From positions 13,392,001-13,456,000 of the forward strand of contig NC_058368.1 in assembly GCF_018350175.1 (NCBI RefSeq): a stretch of 64,000 bases of DNA. The letters are read 5' to 3'. Shown one piece after another: positions 36,446-50,540 of the stretch. Numbering within the stretch: the first letter of the stretch is position 1; every line of letters starts with the position of its first letter. The translations under genes and the position numbers were made by a program. Below the pieces are notes generated by a model. The model did not search any database. It saw nothing but the letters and a program-made list of their open reading frames with translations, and was not told where the DNA came from. This DNA comes from Felis catus. Taxonomy: Eukaryota.

Positions 36446-37699
36446 AGAATCAAGGATTACTTTTTGTAAGTTAGGATATCAATATTTCTATTGATATAAT
36501 ATATTTCTATAATAACTAACCACTATGATTTATATTTACAGTTCTGAAATTGTCCAGCGTATCCACTAGCCTATGAGATCTTTGAAAGTAAAGGCTATAT
36601 TTTATTCTTACATCTCCAGAATCTGGGTGAATGTCTGGCATGTACTGAATGTATAATTACTATATTTTCTGAAAATATATATCACTCTGTTAATTTAGGA
36701 ACACAATATAAACAATTACTTTACTCTGGTACTCAGATATGTAGCCAAATTTAAGAAGCTAAAACAAAATGATAATTGGTCTTCACATATAGAGCACTTA
36801 GCTCTTCAAAAGTTAATTGAATTAAACTGGAATAACTAAGTGTTGCACTTTAGATTTCAAGTAATAATAATTATTGTTATTACATACACATTTGACATCA
36901 AATTAACAGGTGTTTTGACATCTTAAATGATAATCACATTTTCAAATCTACCATTCAATAACCTGAACTGCTATATCAGAAAGATTTTTCTTGACTTTAG
37001 TTTCATTTGTTATACAACATTATTTTGCTTTGGATATGCAGATCTATGGACCACACAGTTTAAATATTTTACAACAAACTGGAAACCACCTTGTTGACCA
37101 TGCAAAGCAATACCCATATTTCAACTTAACTATTTAATTTTTCCAAGTATCTATCTCTTATAAAATCATTTCTGAGGAAGCTATTTGACATAAACCAATT
37201 TGTTTTACAGTACTAAATGGTCTCAAAATATATTTAAATTGATTTATTGTTTGAGATGGAAACTTGAATGGGACAACAAACAACACAGCTTTGTTGTGTT
37301 AGCTATGTTTTTTAGCTTGAATGTGATATAAAAGCAAAAGCTAACATGTTAGCTATGTTTTTTAGCCTGAATGCGATATACAAGCAAAAAGCATATAGTT
37401 AATCTAAAATAATAAAAAACAGTAAAAGCAAAATCAATTCAAATTCTAGTTACTATTTATTGAGTGGTTACTATATGTCAGATAGTAGCCTCAGAACTGT
37501 ATGTACATTATCTCATTTTGACTATTCAACTATATAAATTAGGTACCAATTTGCCCTCATTTGGCAGAAACTTGAAAAGTTTAACAGCCCATCCAAGGTC
37601 ACTCAGCCTTTAAATGATATAATCAGAATTATTAAATGGAATTTACAGGTTGAATAACTTCAGATAGAAGCACAGGCCTGCAAAAAAAAAAAACATTTA

Positions 37700-40600
37700 A
37701 AATGGTAATTATGTGGGTAAATCAAAATGAATATTGACAATATAAAATAATAGCATATGGTGACATTTTATATACACAGGGTTAAGATGAACAACAATAA
37801 TGTTAAATGTGGGAAGGAGATAGAGTTAGTGTTTTCAGAGCCTTGTATTATCCAGAAAAATGTAAAAGTACAATTTATATGAGGTTTTAAAAATGAGGCG
37901 TGCATGTTTTAATCTCATCGCAATTTAAAAAAGAATAAAAATAAATTGTGTAACCAGAAAACTAATAGAGTAGTGAAATGGAATAATAAAAATTACCTTA
38001 CCAAGGAAAAAGCAGCATGTGAAACAAAACACAAATGATAAGTGGTATATTTAATGCCAATATAGCAGTAATTACATTAAATATAAGCTGACTAAACTAT
38101 CCAATTAGATGACAATGATTATCAGATGAAATTAAAAACAAAACTAAGCAAAACCTTTACTTACAAGGGACACATCATAAATATAAGAGCACATAAAGGA
38201 CAAAAGTAGAAGAATAAATAAGGTTGTATCATATAAAACTTAATGAAAAGAACGCTGCTGTAGCTATACTAATAGAAAAAAAAACTTAGACTTTTAGTCA
38301 AAAAGTAGAAAATAGAATAGAGTATGTAATTGTACAATAATAAAAGAGGAAATTGTAAAAAAAATAGAGGATATTATAATCCTTTAAAATGTATGTGTTA
38401 CTATTCACATTATTCCAAAATGTACTATAAAACTGTTGGTGGAATATACAGAAAAAAGACAAATTCAAAATTATAGTAGGCAATTTTAATATATTTATTT
38501 CCATAATTAAAAAGAATAAAGAAAATATTACTAAGGGTAGAGAAGATTTGGACCATAATTATTAAATCTAACTTCAATATATTTTGCATCTTCCACCTAC
38601 AGAATTCATAATCTTTTGGGGTGCACATGTAGTGTTTAACAAAATGAGCCAGAAGTTAGGCTCATGGGATTGGAATCATACAAAGAATGTTCTCTGAACC
38701 ACTTGAATTAGCTTAGAAACCAATTTATAAAGATATTCTAAGTGGAAAACTAGCAAATGTTTCAAAATTACACAGTTCATTTCTGAATGACTCATTCAGA
38801 TTCAAAGAAAATATATTTCAATCTAAGTAATACTGAAAATGCAGTGTATCAAAATTTGCAGATACATCTAAAGCCATACTTAGACAAAATGTTATAGCTT
38901 TAAGTGTATCTATTAGAAGAGAAGACGAGTTGAAAATTCAATATCTAAGTATCTACCATAAGAAGTAAAAAAAAGGATGGCAAATTAATGCAAAGAAAGT
39001 TGAGCAATTAAATAAAGCATTAATGAATTAGAAGCAAAATACAATAATAGTAGTAATAATAATGATAAACAATAAAACTGAAACTCAATTCTTGGAAAAG
39101 ACTAATAAAATAGGTAAATTTCTAGCAAGACTGAACAGGGGTAAGAAAAGGAGGGCATAATTTATCAATAATATGAATGAATAATCATTAGACATCCTGT
39201 ATTCATTGGCAGAATAATAAAGGTACTTGACACAATTTTATGTCAATAAATTTGAAAATCTAGATGAAATAGACAAATCAACTGAAAAACACAATTAAAA
39301 AATGGAATCAAGAAAAAAATAAACATTTGAATAGTCCCATATTTGTCAAATAAATTGAATCCACAATTTATAGCCTTTACCTCCACCCCAACAAAACACT
39401 TTTTTATTTTAAGCTCTAGGCTTAGATTGTTTTATTGATGAGTTTGGTCAAATATTTAAGGAAAAAACATAACCAAATAACACAAATTTCTCCAAAGAAT
39501 AGGGGAAAAAGAAATATTTTTCAATCCAGTTTACAATGCCAGCGTAACCTTGACCCCAAACCTTCCAAAAGAAAGAAGTTCGAACTGACATCATTCATAA
39601 GCAAAATTGCAAAAAACCCTGAATGAGTTAATAGCAAATCAAATCCAATTACATATACAAAGGATAATACACCATAATCAAGTAAGATTTATTCTAATAA
39701 TGCAAGGTTGGCTTAATATTAGAAAATCAGTCAATATAATTCATTACATGAATGGAATAAAGGAGAAAAACATAATCATCTTAATGTATGAAGATAAAGT
39801 CATTGATAAAATTCAGTCCCTTTTCAATACAAAATCTCCCATCAAAGTAGGAACAGAGGGAGAATTTCTTAATTTTATCAATGATATCTAAAAAACCTTA
39901 CGTCCAACTTTGGTACAAAGATGAAGTATTGACTGCTTCTTCCCTGACGCTGGAAACAAAATAATTATATCAACATTGTACTTGAGTATCTAGCCAGTGC
40001 AGGAAAGCAAGAAAAAGAAACCAACATTATAAAGATTGGAAAGACAAGGAAAAGTCATCATTCTCTGAAAACATGATTGTGTATGTAAAAAAATATTCAA
40101 AAGACTCTATAAATAAACTATAAAAAATAATAAGCAAATTAACAAAGTCTCAGAATACAATATCAGTTACAGAGTTAACCATATTTCACAAAAGTCATGT
40201 GATTCGGCAGAAAACAACAAATAGATCACTAATATGGGGTCTATTTTTTCGTAGTAGGCAAAAATTTCTGACATAGGACATAAAAACAGTAACAATAAAG
40301 AAAAGATTTATAAGATGGAATTCATTAAAATTAAAAACTTTTATTCATCAAGAAAAAACATTAAGATAGTAGAAAGACAAATCACAGAACTGGGAAAGGT
40401 ATTTATAATAAATATATCCAACAAAGAACTCATATCCAGAATATATCTCCAAAAAAGAATGAACCAATTTCTTAATGGGCAAGAGACATACCAGTCATTT
40501 CATAAAAGAGGATATCCAAATGGTCAATAAACATATGACAAGATGTTCAGTATATTAGTCATCAGGAAAATGCAAATTAAAAATTATGTGAGATACCAAC

Positions 40601-40860
40601 ATACATCACCAGAATGGCTGACATTAATAAGACTTATAATATATTTTGAGGAAAATGTAGAGCACCAGGCACTTTTATACATTGCTTTTGGTAGTGTACG
40701 TAGGTACCTTGGAAAACACTTTGGTAGTTGCTACTAAAGTTAAACATTAATGTCTCTTATGATCCAGCAATTCTACTCTTTGGTACTCACCCAAGAAAAT
40801 TGAGTTTATGGTTACAAAAATACAATATATAACAATGTTCATAGAAGTGCAAAATATTCT
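37700..40860 (+). mobile_element. Decayed old L1 (L1M) ORF2 region
   Basis: RT-like peptide 'IQRIIHHNQVRFILIMQGWLNIRKSVNIIHY' (39607 ORF) and C-terminal 'FIKIKNFYSS', 'IRKMQIK'; many stops and internal deletions. Confidence 0.9.
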
Positions 40861-40864
40861 CACT

Positions 40865-43800
40865 TCAAGCCACTTCTCCTTGCATATGACCAGATGCACT
40901 GCCCACCTTTCTGCCCATTGGGAAGAGTCGCCCTCCCTTCTGCCTTCAGGGCAACTCCAGTGTGACTGTAATGCAGTCACAATCTATTTTGGGCTTGCAT
41001 TTATCTGCAAGCCAAGTTTGAGGTATTTTCTCCTTTCCTGTCATTCAGCTATAGATGCAAATCTGAGGGAGGTACATGTGTGCAACCATGGTAACACGGA
41101 TGTCTGGTTTACTAGCTCATGCAGCTGTCCTCATCCCTCTGGTCCTTCTTGGGCTCACGTAAATACATCTTTTCCATATTATGATGGAATGCTGGTCAAC
41201 CCACACAGCTTTATGACTTGATAGACCTTTGTAATTTGGTAAACTCTGCCCCAGCTCAAAATGGATATTCTGGATTCAAAATGAGTCCAAATGTGACTCT
41301 GTGCTCCATGGTCAAACATACCACCTCCATCAGGGCCTAGTTACACACAGCAGCTGTTTCTAGAAAGGCTTAGGATGCCTGCAGTGGGCTGCAGGTGGCA
41401 TGGTCTTGCTGATTTTGTGACTGAGATTTGCGATGAAGTACTCTCCATATTTTTTCCCACTACTGACTCCTCAAATACCATAGTATGTGTTAGATCATAA
41501 GGCACTACTGGAACACAGTTTTGACCTGCTATACAGTCTTTTTCTGCTCTGAACCCAATCAAAGCTGACAGCCTAAGAAATCACCTGGTATATGGGCTTG
41601 ATCAATATTTCTTGGTGTGGAATTGTTCCTACAAGAACCTGAACATTCCCATCAGATAACCACCTCCCCCCCCCCTTTTTTTTTTACAGTATAGGACTCA
41701 AGATGCAGCCATCTGACTTTTATTTTGGACCCCTACACACTTGACTAAAATGGTATGTCCCTGAATCTTTTTCAGATTTATTTTCCACCTTCTGCAGCTT
41801 ATATGTCTTACTATGACTTCAAGCCATCTCTTGCTTGTTCTGCCTGATCAATGTGATGTTACCAATTTAATGAATTAGCGGGATTATATTCAGGATGCTG
41901 ATATGGTCTAGATCTCTTCAGACTGCATTGTGATATACTTCGGGAGAGTTAATTAGAGTTAAACTCTAAATGAATGTTTAATCCATGAGAATAAGCACTG
42001 TTTCTGAAGGAGAAGGCATTCCAGTCTGTACATTCCCTAATGCACACATTCGCTAGAGAACACATTCACTAATTCAATGGCACCTTATCATGTACTATTA
42101 TTATTAATCTAATTTAGCAGCAATACCATCTAGCATGGCAGCCATGATCAGTGCTACTGGTTGGTTGAACTTGTAGTTCTCTAAGATTCATCATGTTTCT
42201 GCAGTAGGGAGACTGGGTGAATTAAATGAAGATGATAGGGGCCACAACTCTTGATTCCTGTTGACTTTAATGGAAATGCTAATCACCATCATTCACCCTG
42301 GGATGCTATATTGATTTTTATTTGCTATCTTGACTGGGGTTTGGGATAATTTCAGAGGCTTCCATTTGTCTTTCGCCAATATGACAGCAACTAACCCACA
42401 AAACAAAGAGCTACACGATATCAGGGTATATACTGCCCAGGTATTTATACTTGGCAGTATATCAATCACAATTATTACTTGAGGATTTGAGGAATTATAG
42501 TCAGTGAGTTTGTGGACCTAGCAGTCCCACTGTAAGTCAGCTATTGGCTAGGATTCTACTTTTTACCTGGTCACTATAGGCTTCCACTCTAACAAGGGGC
42601 CATGATGACACGTCATGTCTCTGGGTATCAGTGTCAATTCATACCCTTTGTTCAGTAGTTCTTGAAATATCTGGTATCCCCCCCTTACCCAGTATATAAT
42701 CACCCAAGTAAATTGGCATGGTTGCCTTTGGGAAAGAACTGCCAGAATGAGCGCAGTTTATATTTATGATATAGTATAGCTGTATCCTTCCTCCTGGGGA
42801 CCTGGGGCATCCTTTCTGTCAATGGGTTCCAGACCTTCTTCCCCTCCAGTATTTCTTCTTATTATAGATGTGAAACAGATTTATCAGTGGCTTCCCATCC
42901 CCTTGGATTCTAGAAACACATTTTTTTAACATCTCCATAACTCCCTGCAGTTAATGCTTTGTAGGCAGCCCCTCCAGTCTTGCCAGTCATTACAGTCATT
43001 ATGGCTCTCTGGCTTCTCTATTGCTTCAGGTCCAATCCTCCCCATGGATGGTACGAAGCTTGGCTCTTGACTGCCTGTCCTACTGCCTACAGAAGTATGC
43101 CTCCACTGAACTTTTTATGGATGCTGGTGTGCCTCTCATCCATGCATTCCTGATGGCCTTGGTGAATGGTATGTCCTCTGGGTCTTTTCATAGAAAGAAT
43201 CCTTTGGTCTTTCAGCCTCACATATCCCCTCAGTGTATATTCTAGTGTGCCAAGATTGCTGGGCTTTTTATCCCTTTATGTGTGATCTGCCATGGCACTC
43301 AGGCATTTCATCTTCATCAACAAAGGCCGACATTCTCTCCAGGCTTCGTAGACTCACCCTAGCATTAAATGTTTCTTACCTTCTTGGGTCTCTGCCATAG
43401 TATTAAATCCTGTGTCTCAAAAGAGTGCCGCCAAGTCAATAAATTCTTCCTTAACTAGTCTTACTCTTCAGTCCCCTGGGTCAAGCACCCCCAAAATCCA
43501 GGCCCAAGGGTATTCCCCTGGTTCATGCTAGTACATGTTAGCTAATTCTTGCTGCTCTTTTGGAGTATACTATCCTTCTCCTCTTTCCATGTACAGCACA
43601 TTCCAGCAGGTTACACTACTTTAGATTTAACTCTGCTTTTTGGCCTGACATCCAGGAGAGGTGGTAGAACAATTCCTAAGGGGGGGCGGTGTCACCTGTT
43701 GCCTTTTTGAGAAATCTCTTCAGTGTCTCCCCACATTGGGAAGGTGCCAGTTCTTAGAATAGATGAGGACCATCTCTGTAAACACTGCAGGTCCAGGCGA

Positions 43801-44332
43801 GTTTACAGAGAGAGAGTCGTCAGGAACATCCATACAGATGTCCCAAATCTATATTTCAGAGTCTCAATTTGTTAGCCAGTGACCCGGACTTGATGTGACA
43901 AACTCTAATTAAGTCCCATGCTTTATGCTCAGCTACATCTGCTCTTCTACCGTAGGACATGAGGACCTCTTTGTAAGCTATCAGGTTCTCAAATATCTTT
44001 CAACTTTCCATAAACCACCTCTGCTCCTTATCGTTCTATAAGCCATCAGTACAACTTAGTAATAACCAACCAACTCCACTGTCCTTGTGCATTGTTCTTT
44101 CATGTCTTTCAAATGTTGGAATCACTGCAGCAGTAAGGATGTTCTCTTCCACCAGGATGTTTCCCCAGGTTTCTACCAGTGAAAGTCTTATTAGTTGGCT
44201 CACCACCTTGTGCCAGGAGCTATCTGTGCTCCACATACCAGTCACAATGGAGCCTCCACTGAGCTTCTTCCTTGCAAGCCAGATGGTGAGTGATCTGGTC
44301 CTTGATATTTCTATCTCCTTTCCTGGTACCAA
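40865..44332 (-). mobile_element. ERV-L internal region (gag-pro-pol relic), 3'-truncated
   Basis: Pol-like peptides 'PYDLTHTMVFEESV' and RNase H-like 'EGDSSQWAERWAVHLV'; PBS-like TTGGTACCAGGAAAGG next to the LTR. Confidence 0.8.
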
Positions 44333-44790
44333 GTGTCTCCATTAGGGTCTTCCGGGAAAGAGACACCATGATAGAATCAGAAGTAAAAGACATTTATTAG
44401 AGAGATACCTGTGAAGGTAAAGGGGGGAGAAATCAGAAGTAGGTGGGAGAGCCTCAACCGTAAGGCCAGGCTGACTCCCATGGAGAGAGAGACACACAGC
44501 TGAGAATTTGGTTGGAAGAGCCTTAGACTATAGTGAAGCTCTGAAAAGATCTTGGCCAAACCTGTAGGGTCAGGGGGAGGCCCAGAGCAGAGACTAGCTG
44601 TGAGAGGAGTACTGGATTGTGCAGGAATGGTCTGGTCTAGGGTTTGGGCCTTGGTGTGGTCATTAGCTGGGAGCAGCCCAGGGAGTGAATTGCCTTGGTA
44701 TAGACACTGATAGATCACTAAAGTATGGCAACTGGAAACTGTGGATAATGCCACTCTTCCTACTGTGTTCTCCTAAAGGGGATTTAAGTG
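44333..44790 (-). mobile_element. 5' LTR of the ERV-L provirus (LTR16/ERV3-16A3-like)
   Basis: The minus strand has an AATAAA poly(A) signal (tttatt at 44393) and ends ...ggagaca directly before the PBS. Confidence 0.7.
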
Positions 44791-44794
44791 ACTA

Positions 44795-44960
44795 GGGCAT
44801 TTTAATGCTTAGAATATTCTATATTCTAACCCAAGACGTGGTGACATAGGTGTGTATACTTTGTGATAATTAATCTAGTCATGTACATAGGATTTGAGTA
44901 CTTTTTTATATGCATTTTGTGCAAGTATGTATGTTATGCAAATAAATTTACTATAAAAAT
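44795..44960 (+). mobile_element. L1M 3' end fragment
   Basis: 'aatattctatattct...gtggtgacataggtgtgtatactttgtgataatt...aataaa'. Confidence 0.65.
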
Positions 44961-47900
44961 GTCAAGTAAAGAATCGAAGCTACTATTCTGAATAATTCTA
45001 ACGTGATATTCTAAAAACAACCCTAGCCCTAGAAACAACCATCTAGTGAATTACAAGTAGTTTTGTTTTTATGTGTGTTAGGGAATTGCCTCATTTCTTC
45101 CACCACACTCTGTACAATCTCAAAATAATGAGTTATCTCTGCATATTTTATAGTAACTGAAGACAAGGACTCTCTTTTTGAACCACAATATTATTAAAAG
45201 ATCTAAACTTCTGAAATATCTATTTTCTTCATGCAAGACTTTAGTCTACATTGGAGCACCATGTTTAATGCATTCTTCTGAAGTTTCTGCCCAGGCCTGA
45301 GGTCCAAATGCTGCTGGGATGGAAAGATAATAGCTGATATTCAAAGTCCTATTGTGCAAAATCTATGGCCGTGCAACCACTTATCAACAGAATTTGGATC
45401 AGTAGCCTAGAATATTGGCCAAGGTATGTTCCCAGTCCTCTGACATAGTCTCATTATCTGTGTGCTCTGACAGGCACAGCTCAATCTTTATCTAAAAAAA
45501 AAAAAAATCATAGTGAAAAATGGAAACATAAATAACATAGCGTGAATTCAGTACCAGTAGGAAAGCAGTTACTATATTTAGAAGTAAGAGTCTTCAGTTT
45601 TACCATTTTGGCATTAGGACCTCTGCTTTAGGTCTCAGAAGAGACTTTATTGTTCAAGCCATGGTCCCCTTTCCAAAAGCAAAATCAAGACATACTCTCA
45701 AAAGTGAGAACATTTTTCCCTTTTCAAAAAAGAGGGATGTAAGAAGTGCTTTTGGAATTTTCCAACTGTGACTCCAAGTGAATGATATAGAAAAACAAAA
45801 TGTAGAAAACCGAGATGGAAACAGGATAATTTTCTTTTTTAGTACTATCGGATATCCCATCAGTCTCTTTTTCAAATTTCACAAATGCCTCTTAATTAAT
45901 GAGCATCTCGTTAATACAAAGTCGAAAGTAAAAAAGAATTAAATTTGTTCTATCTTGAAAAATGACCCTGAAATCCCATAAAATGAAATTGTAAGTAAAG
46001 AATCGCTCTTCTAAAGTGTGTTTTGATGGAACTATTTTTCAAAATGCAATTAGAAAGTTATAGCTAACTTAATAGTGATGACATAAATTCAACACAAGAT
46101 TTTTAGAAGGCTATTTTTGTCTTCCTAACAAAGCCACCTTATTTAAGATTAATAGGACAAAAACGTGCTCTATTTCTGTCCTGCCTCTGTCAGAGAGAAG
46201 TTTTAAAGCTGGCTGAGGTGGGTTTCTGAGACAGATGTCAGACACATGTTTTGAGGCATTTGTTAAATAAAGCTGCATGTCATGATCTGTCCCCCATGGG
46301 AAGTGATGTAAGGAAAAATTTTCAGTTGACAAGAGAAGAAAAATTTGGAAGAAAATTTGTAATATCCTAAAAGGAATTTCATACATCATTGAAAACAAAG
46401 GGGAGTGAAGCTAAATTAGATTGGGCTTGAGCTCTTTTTTTGAATCATGTCAGTCCAAAGCGTTCCAGCCAGTAGTCAGAACACCCCACAGATGAGGGCA
46501 GATTTACCACTTGACTTCACTGAATAACAATCTCAAAGCTTAAAGGAATCTTTGTAAAAGGGAAATAGTGAGGCTTAATGCATTCTGATTTTTTTCTAAA
46601 GGCAGTATGTTGCTTAAACATGAATTCTCAGAATGTAAAATGTAAAGATAAAGGACTATCTTGAATATACAATGCATTTGGAAACAGGGGGGAAATATCT
46701 GAACTAGTGTCTGAAAAAGCCATGGAATCTTTCTTCAACCAGAATGCTGAATGAAAGCAACGCCTGGGGCTTTGGCCTGGAGCTATGTCTATATAACAAG
46801 GCTGATTCCATTATTCTGTGGCTGTTTTCTTTTTTGTTTAAAACAATCCAATAGCTGCAAAATCAATCAGAGACCTTCATGGTTTATGTGATCCGGTTTT
46901 CAAGATAGACGAAGAAACAATTACCAAACTGCATTTGCTGATGAACCATTTCTAGAACCAAAATGTCTATGATTATGGTAAATGGAGAAATATTTATTGT
47001 TATTGTTTAAACTCCTTTCCTATCAAATTTGAATAGAGCACATGTGGCCCAAGTTAATAAACAAATGACACCCACTTCTGTTTTAAGGTACTATTCTGGA
47101 GAAACTGTCATCTTAGATGGACAGCTATAAAGCTGACTGTTTCCTGGAACTGGTACTTTATTTTCCATGAACACTTGGAGCATAATCTATACATATGAGG
47201 AATGAAATACTTAAGTTGTACTTCCTCCTTTAAATGGAGAATATCAATTTCATATAATGTGGGAGTGTGGAGGAGAAGGTTGTTTGTGGGATGGAGAATC
47301 AACCATAGATGAAAGGGTTTCTGAAAAGCAGAGTAGGTATTCCCAGCTAACTCATAATCTGGCTGTTCATCTTTTCCCAGTCAAAAGTATGGAAGTCTAG
47401 GAGACTCTTCCTCCAGCACTCATGAGAAATACTCACAGATATTTTAACTGAAAGCATCAGCCCAGCTGTTACGGTGAAGAAGACCCACACTCCCCAGTCT
47501 TTCCATCACGTCCTCAATCTCGGAGATTATCTATTAATGCTGGAGCAATGTAAATGAAAGGTAGTTGATGAGATTTGCATGATACTTTGCGAGACAGAAA
47601 GTTCTTATATGGAGGAATTAATTTTAAACAATCACAGAAAGAATCCTTTGCATTAGTATATGAGCCCCCAGCCTTGAAGTTGGTCAACACATCATGGATC
47701 ATCATGGCATGTGGATTAATGTGGAAGCAAAGAAGGATCAAGCAGAACCTAGGGCTGTCAAGGAACAGAGGGATCAGATGGGAGACACTAATCAAGACAC
47801 TGAGAGCAGAGGGTTTATCAATCCCCAGTTGAGAAGATGCTATTGCATTTATACTCACATGGTATTTACAATTGCTGTGAAGAGGTATAAACTTGGGTAT

Positions 47901-48892
47901 CCATGTGCCACCCTGGTTTGCTGTTCAAATTATAGTCTCAGCAACAGCTGTACTAAAATTTAGCCAGCTCGAAGTTTCCACCAACATAATTGTCAGCCCC
48001 TGGCCCTCGTGTCCCCAGTCGATTTTAGGAATTCCCAAGCACGCTCACTGTCTTACTTTCTGACCTTATCATTTAAGCTGCTGCTCACAGGTTTTGTTAG
48101 TCTCCTCTGCTCCACTGCTGCTTCTATATCCTATAAAAATGAACTTCAGCAGACATGGCCGGCACTTCCACCTTCAAAGACCTTTCAGGCTGTGGTTGCA
48201 GCTTTGCATTCTACACAGAAATGAAAAGAACATCCCTCCCCTGAACTCTGCAATGTTGTGTTACCCGGGCCTAATTGCAGTATTGCGTGTGCCAGGAATT
48301 ATTCTAGGCCTCTTGTCAAATGGTCCTTGTAGCCTTTCAGGCGTCAGGTCCCATTTTGTGGGCCAGCTGAGGAACAGAAACAGCCTTGCCCTCATATTCC
48401 CACTCAGCATCTCTTCCTGCTTTCTCGCCCTTTCCCCTGTTCCCAATCCCTCTTGGAGCCAAAATGAAAATCAAACAAACAAAAACAGAAAAGGCCATTA
48501 TGCATGGCAAGGGCAATTCAGTTCATGAGAAGGAATGAAGGGCCACGGGCCTGACATATCCAAGCCCTACGGGGTTGTTAATGCTGTGATGTGCTCTAAG
48601 AAAGTGCTCTTAAAAAGATGATTCCTGCTGGGAATTAGTCTCAGAAAGGCAAAGTACCCACCCGTGATGAGGCACACACCAGTTGTTTGTTTATAGACAC
48701 CTCTATGGCTTTTTTCCACAGGAATATGGGCCTTCAAAGAAGTAGAGGCCAGCATTGCTGGGAGATGAGTGGGCTTAGATGAGCAGGCTTTCCATGGACC
48801 ATGATGGGTTCACCTGCAATTCCCTGATTCAGAGATGCCTGGAAGATGCCCAACTGGAGTTCTCCAGGAAGCTGACTTCTTTTAACTTGTTA

Positions 48893-49193
48893 ATTTTTTT
48901 TGAAGTTTATGTATTTATTTTGAGAGAGAGAGAGAGTGAGCAGGTGAGCGTGTGTGTGCGCGTGCGTGTGGGCAGGGGTGGGGGTGGGGTGGAGGGGCAG
49001 AGAGAGAGGGGGGAAGGGAAAATCCCAAGCAGGCTCTGCACTGTCAGTGCAGAGCCCAATGCAGGGCTAGATCTCACAAGCCGTGAGATCATGACCTGAG
49101 TCGAAGCCAAGAGTCAGATGTTTAACCCACAGCCACCCAGGCACCCCTTAATTTGTCATTTAAAAATTTTTTTTAAAATCTTTATTTATTTTT

Positions 49194-49225
<32 letters not shown>

Positions 49226-49395
49226 CAGCATGAGTAGGGGAGGGGCAGAGAGAGAGGGAGACACAGAATCGGAAGCAGGCTCCAGGCTCTGAGCTGTCAG
49301 CACAGAGCCCAATGTGGGGCTCGAACCCACGAGCTGTGAGATCATGACATGAGCCGAAGTTGGACGCTCAACCGACTGAGCCACCCAGGCCCCCC
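48893..49395 (-). mobile_element. Two tandem CanSINEs (~48893-49148 and ~49160-49395)
   Basis: Two SINE bodies; the second has TSD taatttgtca. Confidence 0.93.
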
Positions 49396-49469
49396 TAATT
49401 TGTCACTTTTAATAAGACACAAATTTGATAAAGTGTTGAGATTATAATGTGAACCAAGCAGGCCAGGGA

Positions 49470-49685
49470 AAGCAAGAGCTCTAGAGCAGACAGCGCTGGG
49501 CGTGAACCCTGGCACCACCATTCAGTAAATGTGACCTTGGGTATTTTGCTTAGGTATCCTATCCAAGCCTCAGTTTCCTCATCCATAAAATAGAAAATAA
49601 TAGTTGTCAGTGAAGACCAAGTGAAAAAATGCTCATAAGGGGTTTTCTAGTACAGAAAGTGGTTAACAACGGTTGGCCACTGTTA
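49470..49685 (+). mobile_element. MIR SINE
   Basis: 'tgtgaccttgggta...gcctcagtttcctcatccataaaatagaaaataatag'. Confidence 0.8.
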
Positions 49686-49782
49686 CTAATATGGTAGACT
49701 TAAACACAGGCAAGCCTGGAGCTGACCAACACCAAGTGTTAGTGTCACCTTTAGAGAATTTGGTCCCTAAATGTTGCCTTTA

Positions 49783-50007
49783 TTTTTTATTTTTTATTTT
49801 TTTTCAACGTTTATTTATTTTTGGGACAGAGAGAGACAGAGCATGAACGGGGGAGGGGCAGAGAGAGAGGGAGACACAGAATCAGAAACAGGCTCCAGGC
49901 TCTGAGCCATCAGCCCAGAGCCTGACGCGGGGCTCGAACTCATGGACCGCGAGATCGTGACCTGGCTGAAGTCGGACGCTTAACCGACTGCGCCACCCAG
50001 GCGCCCC
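49783..50007 (-). mobile_element. Young SINEC_Fc-type SINE
   Basis: CpG-rich, near-consensus; perfect 15-bp TSD taaatgttgccttta (49768 and 50010). Confidence 0.97.
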
Positions 50008-50424
50008 TTTAAATGTTGCCTTTAAATGAAAGTAGGGGAAGACACTAAATACTGTCACCTACAAATACAAAGAGGGAAAGATAGATGCCACAGGGAGAAC
50101 AATGAGTTTCCCGTGGGCTGAGGATTCTGATAGGAAAAGCCTGTAGGAGCCAGACCTAGACTGTAGCTAGAGCAGCTGATATGGAAGACGCTAGAGAGTG
50201 ATAAAGGCTCTCGTCCAGTCTTTTATAAAGTTTGGCTCAATGTGAAAGCAATAAGAAGGCATCTAGAAGGCATAAGCAGGTCTTATTTTAAGTCAACAAA
50301 TACAATAAAGTCATACGAAACACAAGGGGAAGTACTGAGAGGTGGGTGGCTCTGTGATGGTGTGCCTGGTGGGGAAAAACAATTCAATGATGGTACAAGG
50401 GCCCCTTTTTCTTCTGAGGGTGGG

Positions 50425-50540
50425 AGATAAGGGAGGGACAGAGGGAGAGGGAGAGACTCTTACGCAGGGGCTCAACATGGAACTCGATCCCACAACCCTG
50501 GGATCATGACCTAAGCGGAAATCAGGAGTCAGGCCTTCAA
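50425..50540 (-). mobile_element. Old CanSINE fragment lacking its 5' head
   Basis: 'ctcgatcccacaaccctgggatcatgacctaagcggaaatcaggagtcag' then breaks off. Confidence 0.75.

Noticed and set aside
39435..40737. Reverse-transcriptase-like ORF fragments
   Set aside because: Decayed L1 ORF2 with stops, frameshifts and deletions; not a functional or novel RT system.
47575..47963. Overlapping ORFs with protein-like composition
   Set aside because: No recognisable family and no convincing splice-site pair; BLASTX would be needed.
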